Made by a program: the position numbers and the translations under genes. This document shows positions 15,832 to 29,649 of a stretch of DNA of 64,000 bases, in pieces. The notes beneath the pieces were generated by a model. The model was not told where the DNA came from and ran no database searches. It was given only the letters and a program-made list of their open reading frames with translations. Position 1 is the first letter of the stretch. The number at the start of each line of letters is the position of its first letter. Source of the stretch: Trichoplax adhaerens (lineage: Eukaryota > Animalia > Placozoa); the NCBI RefSeq assembly GCF_000150275.1, contig NW_002060946.1:4483454-4547453 (forward strand). The letters are read 5' to 3'.

Positions 15832-16209
15832 ATGATTAAAAGACTGGATCATCTGGTTCTAACGGTACGTGATGTACAAGCTACTTGTGCATTTTATACA
15901 CGTTATTTACAAATGGAACTAATAACATTTAAAGGTGATCGAAAGGCTTTAAAATTTGGCCAGCAAAAAATCAACTTGCATCAATATGGAAATGAATTCG
16001 AGCCGAAAGCTCACCATCCAACTCCTGGTAGTGGCGATTTATGTTTTATTACATCCGAGCCTATCAAATTAATACAAACCCGTTTAGAAAGCAAAGGTAT
16101 TCGCCTAGAAGAAGGTCCTGTTCAAAGAACTGGAGCCAATGGACCTATTTTATCCATTTATTTTCGTGATCCTGATGGAAATTTATTAGAACTTTCTAAC
16201 GAACTTTGA
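15832..16209 (+). CDS. GLOD5: Glyoxalase/VOC-family protein, GLOD5-like, intronless (125 aa)
   Basis: IKRLDHLVLTVRD...FY...RKALKFGQQKINLHQ.GNEFEPKA.HPTPGSGDLCFIT...EEGPVQRTGANGPILSIYFRDPDGNLLELSN is the GLOD5 / bacterial VOC signature. Confidence 0.92.
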   Translation: MIKRLDHLVLTVRDVQATCAFYTRYLQMELITFKGDRKALKFGQQKINLHQYGNEFEPKAHHPTPGSGDLCFITSEPIKLIQTRLESKGIRLEEGPVQRTGANGPILSIYFRDPDGNLLELSNEL

Positions 16210-18259
16210 TTATTATAATATTGTTTTCATACAACTGTCGACTACCTATCTAGAATGCTCGAAACTGTAGAGTTTGCCTATGGATGTAGTACAGCATTTG
16301 TTCAAGACTGGCAACTATAGTTCCCCAAAATCTAAGCTATTCCTTGTATCCATTCAATCTATTTAAAATCGTCTTTGGCTTCGTAAAGTATCGATACAAG
16401 ATTACTTAGATAACTGCAACAAATCATTTCTACAAATTCTCTATCTGGTTAGCTGCCAAACTTAACTAGCTAGTGATTACACGATAATACCGTATTCCAT
16501 CTTTCATCTCTAGATTTTTTAAGACTAATGTTGTGTAACTAGCTCTATATAGAAATTATTAATTGTGTAAGCAAACAAAGCAAAACAATTTTATACTAGT
16601 ATAGTATTATTATCAATCAGGCAGCCATCGCTGCATACTCGTATGCTATGTTTATAATAACGCTGTTAGTGTACTCCATAGAAATCAGTTAATTGCATGG
16701 AGAGTAAGTTGGAGCACAAAATTTAAAAACTTATATTACTAATGTAGATGTTTATAATCAAATAATAATAATGCCAACAGCAATGATGTCTTTAAACTAA
16801 TTAAGCTAAAAAGATTATTGCCATGAACAAGTTATATCATGTTCCGGAGATTTTCATGCATATTTAATCGAATGTTTTTTACCTTCATTGAGACTATTGT
16901 ATTATTAATTCGATAATAAGAATTAATCTGTAAAATAGGACTAGGTATAATTATTAATTTAAGTATTTCATAATAGTCATCTCTGGTAGTAGTCCTGGTA
17001 CTCGTAAGGCTATCTATGAAGCAAAAAAACTCAAATTAGATCTACCTTGATCATCCATGCGAACATTAAAGTATAAATTTCTAGTTATATTTAATTATTG
17101 TAACTATTTCTCACCCATATGATGTAGATTATATTCTAATAACCTGATTACATGATTAATGTTGATGTAATATCTATATAATAATGAGATATAGAACTCG
17201 CATAGTGACAGTAAACATTCCTATTCTAACAATTCGCTAATATATACTAAATCCTTCGGGTTGCTAGTAAATGATCCTTTCTGAAATAAACTTTCCATCT
17301 TGTAGTTACAATGTTTTAAATTGCTGTATTCTTACTACAATTTTACGCCTTAACTTTTATCCTTTTTTACCATAGTAGTATCTTGCCTAGTTTTTAGTGT
17401 GATGACGTACCACATGATATCCGTCAATTATTCATCTAATCATTTATCTTTCATATATAAGCTAATTTACGCCACTATGAATATCAGCATTATCAGCTAA
17501 TAAACACCTGGCTGACAGCCTATACCAATTGCTTTCTTTATCTAAGCCTGAATAGAGAACAATCCTAACGCTAACGGTCTTAAATCCTTGATCATGATAT
17601 AATTGTTATTGTGACTGTCGTCAATGGCATCGGAATAAATAGTCGAAATTTGCATACGAGCTTGCAATCATGAAATGCTTGCGATGTAACATATCAAAGT
17701 ATAACAATCATCCATGATCAGCAACTATTATTAAAGCATAACACGTAAAGAGTAATATTATTCGATTCTGGCGGTAGTTATCAATTCATTACCATCAAAG
17801 GATATTAATATGTAAACTATTTAGAAAAATTTATCAAATTATAATAAATAAAAATATTTGGTATTGTAAGTAGTTGCTGGTGTTTAGACTACTTCTTATG
17901 CCTTAATAAAAATTAATGACTACCGATATCCTAATCCTAGACTATTGGCAAAAAAGTAGCTAAGCCAGGGCAATCCGTAGTGAAGTCAGAAAATCTCTGA
18001 CAGTAATATGTACGGGTATCAATATAAATAATCTTTCGAATAACAATATTCTTTTTGTACTGAAAGAGATTGGGCTTAAACTTTGGCTATACCAAGATAC
18101 CTGGTAGTGAAATCAAACGTGCTTCTTACATATTTCTACTATGTTGATTACCCGGTGCTGCAAAATCCTAATAACAAAAGTTATCTACTTTGCATATACT
18201 ATGGCGGACCAGACGAAAATGGCCAAAGATCTGCCTTGTCAAGACAGCAATCAGCATAG

Positions 18260-18735
18260 CATGATTTAACGCATACACAATCCCAAAATAATCATACTAC
18301 GATAGGTAGCTTTCATGCAACTAGAGTTTTTACAAGGTATCTCCGTTTGTATCCAAAAGGTGCTAATCTCTTATTATGGCATACTAAATTAAGGAAATTA
18401 ATTAAGTTTTTGTGAAAAAATAACATGATTGAAGGGTTACATGATCCCTAAAATAATCACGGGACAATATTCAACTTTCTCACTCTTAAAGTTTGGCAAG
18501 ATATCTTCCATTTGATCCCATGAAAGCGTCCATCTTTACATTTGATAAATTAAATTAATTTAACTATTGTGAAAAAGCATAACTTGATACTTATATGATC
18601 TCCAAAATAATCATACCAGAATTCTTAACTTTTACGCTATGAAGAGTCTTACAAGGTACCTTACATTTGGGTCGGTAAAAAAAGTGTTTATCTTTTTAAT
18701 AAATATCGCATTAAATTAATTTGGCTTTTGTAAAA
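18260..18735. repeat. Degenerate tandem repeat, ~160-bp unit, ~3 copies
   Basis: cc(c/t)aaaataatca(t/c) at ~18282, 18446 and 18602, each followed by a caag(g/a)ta(t/c)ct segment and an aaatta/taattt segment. Confidence 0.65.
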
Positions 18736-19714
18736 TAAAAATATTTGCACTTTGGAAGCAACAATATCCGACATATTTGTTTCTTTAAACTATGAATGAA
18801 AAAAACATTTTTTTATTAGTTTAAGTAACTTAGTATAGAATTTTTTAACTTTTCGCTAAGCAAAATATTTAAATCCTATTTTTTGGCTCTATGAACTTTA
18901 TACAGTATTTTTTTTTTACTGTTTATGTCTTAACTTGAATATTCTAAGGCTATTGTGACTTTGAAAACATGCAGTAACAAATTCAGGTAATGTTTTTCTA
19001 TACTGGAAGTCCTCAATTAGCTTTGTTCTGAGACGCTATAATAACTTTAAATCGAGCTTTTGACATTGTTCATGTGTTAAATGGATCTTTTTAATTATTT
19101 GACTTCCATTTATAATCCGGATGAATTATCATTAGCAGCTACCGGTTATTAAAGTAACTATTAAGTAATTGTTTATAACTCACTTTGCTTGAGCATATAA
19201 CTGTTTAAATAAATCAAAAGTTGACCTTTCTAATATATGGTCAACTTACAAAAAGGAAGTTTTAACAGGACTCATGCAGTAACACTCAGATGTAAATATT
19301 CAATTTTGAAGCATTTTATCATCAACTTGATTAACGACTCAAAGAAGAAGGTAAATTCATAGCTATCGTAGAATAAGGCTTTTTGGCTATAGAAATTGTC
19401 CATTTTTAAATTAATTTCTTACGTCATATTCCCAACTTTGATTTGTTAATGCCTTCCTAACAGTATAGCGATTGCTTCCTTTTTTACATGAACTATTTAA
19501 CTTTAACCTATTAAAGAAACATAACTAATACCAGTTTTGAATAAGTAAGTAATCTACTAAAGTAAAGGACTATCTGACGATATACTTTGACTCTTCTTCA
19601 TTTATTTCAAAGATACATTTAAAAATTCAAACGTCAGCAACGGTCATCATTTCATTTGCTACATGATAAGCGAGTCCATTTTAATCAACGCAAATACTTT
19701 AATTCTTACTGCTA

Positions 19715-20295
19715 TCAAGACTGATAACACAAACGATAATCAAAATATGTAATAAAATATAAAAAGATCTTTTATGAAGTAAAACAACAAATGATGCAGT
19801 AAAAAATACAAAGTAGTAAGTTATTAATCAGAATATAGACTCACTTTTACCTATATTATCAATACTGATTATACAAACGATAATCTAAATATGGAGCATA
19901 ATGTGGTAAAAAAATATCCTCAATGAAGCGAAACAACAAATGACTGAATTACATAAATGTGTAGTACCGCAACAAATTATTAATCAAAATGGAGATTTGA
20001 TTTTCTATTTTCATCACCAATACTGATCATGCAAACGATAACTAATATCTAGTTTAAATACTTTATGAAAGAGATCTCATATAAAGTAAAATAACGAATG
20101 ATAGAGTTAAAATAAATAAATATATGATAGTAACTTGCTAGTCAAAGTGGATACTCGATTTTCAACACTATACTACAGCTGATCACACAAATGATAGTAA
20201 AACAACTAGTTAAAATATTGTATTAAGTGTTAGTGGAAAAATATAACTAACAAAATCAAAATAAATGCGTAGAATTAACTTGTAAGCTAAAATAG
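19715..20295. repeat. Degenerate tandem repeat, ~150-bp unit, ~4 copies
   Basis: ctgat.a..caaa(c/t)gata at ~19721, 19865, 20023 and 20179, with shared aaaacaacaaatga and ttattaatca segments. Confidence 0.7.
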
Positions 20296-20569
20296 AGTCC
20301 TTAATGACTATTCAATGTCTTTCCCACTCATTCAACCGTTACTATAATTATCTACAGGAGAAAATGCAATGTTTCCAAGTTTAAATGTTCTAATTTAATT
20401 TCAATTTTGCCTCTCAAATAACCATTTGCATCCTTCAATTTTTTTAATAATTAAATTTGTCTGTTTCATCTAATTCTCTTGTCTTTGAAAAATGGTTTAT
20501 TATGAATAGTATAAAATCATACTGAACTTGATCACTTTATAGGTGCTAAATCTAGCCTACGATGTACCT

Positions 20570-21495
20570 ATCGTATAGTATGAATTAAGTAGAGAATGCG
20601 ATATAAAACTGAGGGCAAATCTGTCACAATCTAGTAATCTCGAACAAAGTATTACTTTTCCTTTTACGTAGTTTAACGATCATTACCAAAATTGAGGGAA
20701 AACTTGTCTCACTTTAGTAAATAATCGTGAACCCAATGCTATTCTTCCTTCTACTTACTACAATAATGATCAATGAGTACTCGATTGGTTAATACGGATT
20801 AAGTATAGAACGAGGCACAAGTGGAGCTTGAAAGCTTCCTCTAGCGAGTAATCAGAAATTAACTGTTACCTCTTTCTCTATTTATTCATATTTATTTCTA
20901 CAATGATCAAGAAGTACTAAATTGTTCAATATAGATAAAGTACAGCATGCAATATTAATGGAGGATAAATCTGCTTCAAGTTAATTTTACTTTTATATTT
21001 TTACAGCAATAATGATTAATGAGTACTAGATTGCTTAATATAGATAAAGCATAGAACGAAGCATAAACGAATCGTGAACTAACTGTTACTTTTTCCTCTA
21101 CGTATTCCAACAATGATCAAGAAGTAATAGGTCGTTCAACATCGATAAAGTAGAGTGTGCAGCATTAATGAAGTGTAAATCCGCCACAAGCTAGTAAATA
21201 TTTATGAATCAAGTGTTATCGTTCCCTTCAACTTTTAATTAGATTGTTTATTATAAATCAGGCGGAGCATATGACCTAAAGCAGAGCGGAAATCTGCTTC
21301 AAGCTAGTAAATTATTGTGAATTCAATATTACTTTATCTTCCACTTATGATTATGAATGAGTACAAGGTCATTCAATATAAATTAGGCCGCAGAAGGTAT
21401 AAAAATAGAGTGTAAATCTGCCTCAGACTAGTAAATAATTATGAATCAAATATTATTTTTCTTCTACTTTTTGCATTAATTATCAATGGGTACTA
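20570..21495. repeat. Degenerate tandem repeat, ~110-135-bp unit, ~8 copies
   Basis: Recurrent aatgatcaa(t/g)(g/a)agtact...aatatagataaag and aatctgc.tcaagctagtaaat...tgaatcaa motifs. Confidence 0.7.
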
Positions 21496-23769
21496 AAGCA
21501 TTATTGTTATAATAATCTTTTTATACCCTTTTGTTTTTCAAATGAATTTAACTAAAATTGATCCTTGACTTCATGTTAATATGATTTAGAATCTGTTTAT
21601 CACGAATGAAAAAATCTACCCTAATTCAGTAGAAAATAATAATCAAAGCTAGAGAGGAAGAAAGGTTTCAGTTAATTTCTTCTATTTATTTGTTTACTTT
21701 AAATTGGCCTATTTTGATGCATGACTAGTTGAAATGCACATCATTAATTAACAGTTTAAATATATCCAGATAGCAAGACTATGGCATTCCCAAAGATGCA
21801 CTATGCCATTACAAAGACTATATCGACGATACCATTAAATATATCACGGTCAAATTAATCATAAAACATCAATTGGATTAACAAGGACAATATGAGTAGA
21901 ATCGAAAATAATCTAGCCATTGATATCATTAGAGTTCGATATATTCTTGTCATTCCTGGTTTGTGAAGATATTCACAATTACTCTGATATGGAAAATATA
22001 TCTTCCTTTATTATATTAATTTAACAACATGAATTCAAGCATGAATGTGTTATCATTTTCTGAGCGTTGTTTATTTCACTCAATGATTGGATTGGTTACG
22101 TGTTATGAATTTAATTCGAGCTAATTTCATAGGATAGACGCATATTAGCAGTAAACCTTCAATTAAAGATCTTAGGAGAAAATTTTCAAATAGTCGTAGA
22201 GTAGGCAAATTCCATCCCAATACCTTAGCAACACAAACAACAATTGGCTATTAGAATGGAGAGATTATTAAAGTTATGATAGAGATATTTTCTTCCTATT
22301 TGGTAGCTTTTTGACTAAAGTCACTGTAAAAATTAAAAAGAAAACTAGTCTCGATAAATTAGCTAGATCAAGCTCAAGCTATTACTGAATTCTATCCTAA
22401 ATTATATTATCCATCAATTGGTTTAGGTTCGTATTTTCATAGTTAAGACTTTTCTATTTTTGTACTCGCAACCATTTACTATTCTGATTTGATTATTATA
22501 TAATGAGCAGATAGATCCTATAGCTAGCCTAGATTTCCATCCTAAATCCCACAATTGTTACAAAAAATTTATTTAAAACCGAATTTCATCATCATGTAAT
22601 CATGTACTTGGCTCTATAGAAATATTGCGCTAATAAAAGTGTGTACAAGAATTATTTTTAATTACTGCTGTCTCATATTTGCCTTGCCGCCTATTACGGT
22701 AATATTATCGACAGTCGGCATTGATCAAGTTTTTTTCATGCCAATGATGATCTAATAGACTGTATTTTAGCAATGTCATAATTATGGATAAGAATATAGG
22801 CGGAAATGACAGCAAGCATTATTCCCCAAATTGTCAAGAAGATAATTAGTTCTAAATGTGAATATTGTCACATCAATTTAATTCTACCCACTTGCAAGCA
22901 AGCAAAAATTGATAGTATCTTTTCATTGCTGAAATCAAGTTATCCTCACCTATCATCTTTTTACTCATTTTATTGAGCATTAAACTGAGTACAATAGCTT
23001 TTGAAATGATTGAATTTGATTTGAAATATTAATTTAGCTCTGACGTCATCGATGAAAAAGAACGAAAATAAAATTCCTGAAGAAATCATGTCAAAATGTA
23101 ACAGCTTTTTGAATTACTGACACATTTTTACAGTTTATGGCATTGATTCTTTCATAAAATTACTGAGAAATGGAGTTAAACATATACCATTATTACGATA
23201 AACTTTGTACACTTTTAAACTACTATGATATGGATTTAACTTATTCTCATACATGGATATCAAATCTCAGCCAAATATAATGTACTATTATTATAATTTT
23301 ATAAAGGTGAATATTGAGCGAGCTATTATAGGAAAGGATAAATTAATTTTTTCTTTATTCTATTAGTTGAGATATATTAATTTGTAATGTCAAAAAGAAA
23401 ATTTGAGTAGATGTTATAATGTTAAAGAATCTAAAAAATAAGGCACAATATTTATTAATTTACCATTCTCTATCTTACCAATGTATGATTAGATGATATT
23501 TTTTCAAGACATGGGCTATATTCTCAATTGTGTCAGTAATATTTTTGTTCAGTTTTGATTCTTTCTAGGTGAGTCAATTTTTATTTTCTATCAGAATATC
23601 ATACGTATAATCTGTTCATTTAAGACTCGTCTAAAAGATTGATATAAATCACTGTTAACATAGTCATAATTACGATATCCAAAATGATTTTATAATATAA
23701 TCTTAATTGAAATATTATCTGATAAATATAACCGCGTGGAAGATACTGACATAAAGAAGTACAAAAAGG

Positions 23770-25335
23770 CTTTTAATAATCTTATAGAAAGTACTTCTTG
23801 ATCATACTGATTAAGGGCTAAATTATTCTTGAGCTTCACCCCTTTTGATGATAGGAATAGTGTTATAGAAAGTATTTTTGACCATATTGATGATGACTAA
23901 ATCTATAATTTTTATGGGTTTTTTATAACACTAATACTTCCTCCTATGAAAAGGATTCCTTAACCTTACTGATTATGACCTAGTGATCTGCATGTATATG
24001 TTTTATGCGCTTTTCATGACATTAACAGTATTATAAAAAGTATTCCTTGACCATACTGATTATGATTGAATGATTCGTAAGTTTTACGCACTTTTGATGA
24101 TATCGATAGTTCTAAAGAACGTATTTCTTGACTATCCTGATTATAATTAGATCATACGGAAATTTTATGCATTTTTAATGGCACTAATCCTGTTATAAAA
24201 AGTATTTCACGATTATGCGGATTATGACTAAACGATTTGTATCTTTAATACAATTTTGATGGCTCTGCTAAAGCTGTAAAAAGTACCTCTTGATCATATC
24301 GATTATAACTAAATAATTTGGAGCTTTGTGGACCTTCGATGATACGAATAATGTTCTAAATAGTATTCTATGATCATGCTGACTATAAGTAAATGACCTA
24401 AAAGTTTTACGCGTTTTTGGCGATACTAATAGAGTTATAAAAAGCATTCTTAATTATGCTCATGATGAGTTCACAATTTGGAAGCTTTGTGCACCTTTGA
24501 CACTAATAATATTAAAAAAGTATTTCTTGATTGTGCAGACTATAGCTAAATGGCCTAAAAATTTTATGCACTTTTTGATGATTCTAATAGTATTATAAAA
24601 AAAATTTCTTGATCATACTGATGATGAGTTCATAATTTGGAAGCTTTGTGCGACTTTAACGACACTAATAATGTTATAAATAATACTTCTTAACTATGTA
24701 GATTATAATTAAATGACTTAAATTTTTTATTCGCTTTTGACGTACTAGAAGTATTACAAAAAGTATTTCATGATTATGCCGATAAAACTAAATAATTTGC
24801 ATCTTTGCATGCTATAAAAAGTATTTCTTGATCATATAAAATAGAACAAAATAACCTCAAAGTTTTATGCGCTTTTGGTGATCCTAAGAGTAATATAAAA
24901 AGTATTTCGTAATTATATCAAATACGACTAAATGATTTGCATCTTTCATATGTTTTTGATGACATTATCAATGCTTTTAAAAGCACTTTTCTTGACCATA
25001 GTGATTATGACTAAATAATTTGGAAGCTTTTTGTGCCTTTGATGATATGAATAATGTTTAATTAGTATTTCTTGACTTCAATGACTATGACGAAGTGACC
25101 CGTAAATTTTATGCGCTTTCGATAACACCAGTACTATATAAAACCTTTCCTTGATCATGCCGTTGGTGAATTTATAATTCGAAGCTTTATGCACTATTGG
25201 TGACACTAATAATTTTATAGATAATATTTCTTGATTACGTTGACTACGACGAAATGACTCATAAGTTTTATTTGCTTTTGTTGACACTAATCGTGTTCTA
25301 AAAAGTATTTCTTGGTCACGTTAATCATAACTAAA
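23770..25335. repeat. Degenerate satellite, ~81-bp unit, ~20 copies
   Basis: Consensus close to aaaagtatttcttgatcatactgattatgactaaatgattcgtaagttttatgcgcttttgatgatactaatagtgttat. Anchors at ~23788, 23869, 23950, 24037, 24118, 24199, 24280, 24359 ... 25302. Confidence 0.9.
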
Positions 25336-25829
25336 TCATGAAATCTGTAAGTATAATCTAATGAGCTTATTAAATCATTATTGCCAAAATATAAGAAAGT
25401 GATATTTGCAGGTATATTTACCACTTATTCGATTTTAATTTACATTTAGAAATACTAAATTATTGGAGTTCGAGTTTGATTTTATTTATTCCTTAATAAT
25501 TATAACATTTAATGAGAGCTTAGCAATCCTTATTACGGTATACGCACATAAAAGCAAATAGATTTTATGCTTCCTCTATCGTTTCATTGACTCATGTCTG
25601 ATGAACAATAAATGAGTAAATCACGGACAAAGGTATTGCACTAGCTAGAAGATACATTAAATCAAAGTTCATTCTAGTTGATACATCTTTTCCAAGTTCG
25701 AGTTAAAAGAATATGTCACAATGACGGTGATGGACAACAATAATCCTGATAAATAGGGCTGCAGATTTTTGAAGATTTCTTGATGAAGTTATCAATGATT
25801 AATTTTAGCAGTAGAAAAGAAAACAAACA

Positions 25830-26800
25830 GAATGAAATAGTTTTCATTAATATCGATGATAAGGTGACGGTAGAATTTCAATTTAGCTTAAACATTGTAC
25901 ATTACTAGAGCTATAAGCTAGATATTACACCATCCATTTGAATAAAAAATAGTTTCTTGAACATCGATGACAATATAACAATAGAAATTCAACTTTGCTT
26001 GAAGATTGTACATTATTAGAGTTATAAGTTTCAATATTATATGATTTATTTAATGAAATGGTTTTCATTAATATGGATGGCGGTATGATGATAGAATTTC
26101 AATTTGGCTTGAAGATTGTGTATACATTATTAGAGCTATAAGGTCGATATTATACCATCCATTTCTATGAAATAATTTCCATTATTGTGGATGACAACAT
26201 GACGGTAGAAATTCAATTTAGTTTGAAGATTGAAGATTGTACATCACCAAGAGCTATAAACTCGATATTATCCCATCATTTAATGAAATAGCTTTATTAA
26301 CATAGATGACAACATGAAGGTAGAATTTCAATTAAGCTGGAAGACTGCTCATTGTTAGAACTATTAATTCGATATGACACCATGCATTTAATAAAATATT
26401 TCCATTAATATGGATGATAAACATAACGATAGAATTTCGATATAGGCTAAAGATTGCACATTATTAGAGCTATTAGTTCGATGTTACAATATCCATTTAA
26501 TTAAACGGTTTTCATTAATATGAATAACGACATGAAGGTAGAATTGGAAGCTTGTACATTATAAACATCAGAGCTTTAAGTTTGATATTATACCATGAAT
26601 TTGATGAAATAGTTTTTATTAATATATATGACATTAGCTTGAAGATTGTATATTATTTAGAGTTATAAATTCGATGTTATAACATCCATTTAATGAAATA
26701 ATTCTTATTGATATGGATGACAACATGATGTTATTTTTTCAATTTAGCTTGAAGATTGTACATTATTAAAGGCTATAAACTCGATATTACATCATTCCTT
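25830..26800. repeat. Degenerate satellite, ~110-bp unit, ~9 copies
   Basis: aatgaaatagttttcattaatatggatgacaacatgacggtagaatttcaatttagcttgaagattgtacattattagagctataa.tcgatatt repeated at ~25831, 25941, 26052, 26166, 26282, 26390, 26500, 26603 and 26692. Stops are recurrent, so it is non-coding. Confidence 0.9.
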
Positions 26801-27589
26801 TATTTTGAAAAGATTTGGATTCAATCCTATTTATTAATAACCGCACTAAACATATTTCTGATCATTTTACTGATTTGTAAGTTGATCCATTATTCATGAA
26901 AATATTTTATAGTCTATTTTTTCTACATTTTTGATCTATTAATAAGTCGCGAAAAGGAGCGTTATATAAACCTTTCTAATTCGTCTACCTCGTTCAAACT
27001 AGTTTGAGTACCGTAAGTCAATATTTTCTCATGATAACGATGATTACAAAATGGCATTAATTCACTTTTTTCACTCATGAACTAATTTACTCTTCCCCTT
27101 TACAGTATCCACATATGCTTCCGAATATTATTGCATGATTGTTAATCTCCAGAAACAGGAGATACATTATTATAATTGCTATTGACTTGGCCAAATTTTA
27201 TTTTGCCCTTTGTTCACAAGGAGTTTATACACTCTTTATTCTGCTTATTTGATCTCTTTTTGTTTAAGTACAACAAAATTATATAGTAGATTCAATAACA
27301 AACAACTCATTTTCAATCCATGACTAATAATAATCAATCCTATGCTGTTATTGAGCAGTATTTGACAGCAACATTGATGTTATAATTACAAATCGCACCT
27401 TGCATAACAAGTTATAAGTAACGGTTTGAGTATTCTTTTCAGTCTTTTCTCGATCCTCCTGTAATAAACTTTGACTACCATTCTTTTCATTTTTTTGCAA
27501 TACCTAGTTGGGAAAGAAATGAATCAAATCTCTTACTGCTAGCTTCTGTAGCTGATTGGATTGAGTTCATTTCCAAGACTGCTGTTTAT

Positions 27590-28350
27590 TGAAATTGAAA
27601 ACCCATTTCTTCCTGAAGCCTTCTAATATACTAATATCAGTCAATATCCTAATTTTTTTGGAAGGACAAAGGCCATTGATTTCATATTCAGGCAGTCCAA
27701 GATTTTACAAGATATTATTTTCTTGAAAAATTTAAGCGGTTTTAGCTCAAGCAAAGCAATATCGACTTGGAGCTGATTGAGTTTTTAATCCTAGTCAAAA
27801 TTGAGCTTTCTAGTACACCAACATTAGTGTGAATAGATCAAGTTTTGCAGGAATAAACGCTATTAATTTCATATTCAAGAAGATTTCACAAGACCATTTC
27901 TTGAAAATTTCAACTGAAATAACCTCAGTGCAATATTAGCTGTGGCTGATTGAAAATAAATTTTCATTCTGGTCAAAGTTCAGCTTTCTAATACTCTAAG
28001 GTGAGCGCGAGCATCCTATTTTTGCAAGGACAAACGCTATTGACTTCCCATTCAAGAAGAGTTTTTAAGATACTTTTTTCTTAAAATTTCAAGTAATTCA
28101 AGCTCAGTGCAATACGAATTGTGGTTGATCGAAAATTAATTTTAATCTTGGTCAAAGTTGAACTTTCTAATACACTAATAGGAACGTCAATATTCTCTTT
28201 TTGCAGGAATTAACCCTATTGATTCCCTATTCAAGCAGTCCAAGATTTTACAAGATACATTTTCTTGAAAATTTCAAGCGATTCAAGCGAAAGCAGTGCA
28301 AGATCGATTTGGGACTGATTCAAAGAAATTTGAATCCCGATCAAAGTTAG
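27590..28350. repeat. Degenerate tandem repeat, ~180-bp unit, ~4 copies
   Basis: ttttgca(a/g)ga..aacgctattgattt..tattcaag...tttacaagata..tttcttgaaaatttcaa at ~27654, 27843, 28020 and 28198. Confidence 0.8.
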
Positions 28351-28544
28351 CTCATATCAAATCACAGCCCGGTATTTCCAAATTGGCTTTTTGTTTGAAA
28401 AAGTAAACATTGATTGCTTTCCTGCAAGACTAATATATGATTTATTCGATTACTGCTTGACAAGGCGAATTTTGATTGAAATCTCAACCTGTCTCGATTA
28501 AAGCCGGTTGATTTCTGCCAACCAGCAATAGTGCAAGTTTTGAA

Positions 28545-28800
28545 CTGTATTTAATTTATCCTTGTCTTCAAATTAAAAGATTGCTTATTGTTGCAAAGCT
28601 TTTTCATCGCGTTGGTATTTAATTTACCCTTGCTATCAAACCAAAGTATCGCTAAAAGACAAATTCTTATTTACCTAGTTGGCATATATCCTTTTCTCCA
28701 ATTAAAGTACGGTATCGCCCATCCTTGTAGGGCAAAGCTTTATGACCTAGTGAGAATTTAATTTATCCTCGTCTTTAAGCCAAAGTATCACTAATATCAA
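28545..28800. repeat. Short degenerate tandem repeat, ~70-bp unit
   Basis: atttaattta(t/c)cct at ~28549, 28617 and 28756, with following aaagtatc(g/a)ctaa. Confidence 0.55.
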
Positions 28801-29649
28801 TTTAAAACAGAAGGGCTACTTTATTAGACTTAATTTTACCCACTTTTTGGCCTATTTCTAACGCTAATACTAGAAGGAGAAGATTTTAAAAATTTATTGC
28901 TAAAGCAATTGAAATATTGAAATTTTCATAGGAAAGACAATCAAGGTCACCACAGCGTTTTTACAAGATTAACTTCTAGTGAAAATCGATTAAACCTTCA
29001 ATGCTTTACAACATTCATTTACGTTAAAAATTATTTTTAATCCATTCCTGTACTGATTTGACGCTCTATTTCAACGGTTTTGATTTTCTATTGAAGAATA
29101 TTTTAATCTAGCGCTGTTTGACAAAGTTTATTCCTACTGAAGCCTATATTCTATTCAAGGCTTCATTTTTTATTTAAAAAAATTTTTTAACCTATTGGTG
29201 TGATAGAAATTATTGGATTTTTACCGGAAATTTTAAGCCTATTGAGATTGCTTCTCTAAACTTAACCCCAAGGTTGATCTTGTGTTAAAAAAATTTTAAG
29301 GCCATTGATGCTATTTGTCATTCATCTAATTCAAGAATATCCTGTCTTCACCATAAAGCGATAATTTGCCAATAGTTGTTAAAGAGTCTTACAGTCATTT
29401 GGCCGCTCAAACCTGTATAGGAACGAATTTTACCCATTGAATTGAATAGTAAATAAATCCAATTAATTATTACACAAAAATTCATTTTCCGACCTCAATT
29501 AGACTTAACAATCACTGTTTGCCTGTCTCTGTATCTATTTTGGTTTCGTCAAGTTGAACAGGTGGACGATTCATCATTTTCATCGCTATCTAGCTCTATC
29601 GTCAATTTATCCATTAATTTGCCCTTCATTATAGAATTGACTATCCAGA

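Noticed and set aside
23770-26800. CRISPR-like appearance of the regularly spaced 81-bp and 110-bp arrays
   Set aside because: The whole unit is homologous between copies, with no unique spacers, and the repeats are degenerate. There are no cas genes and the context is eukaryotic.
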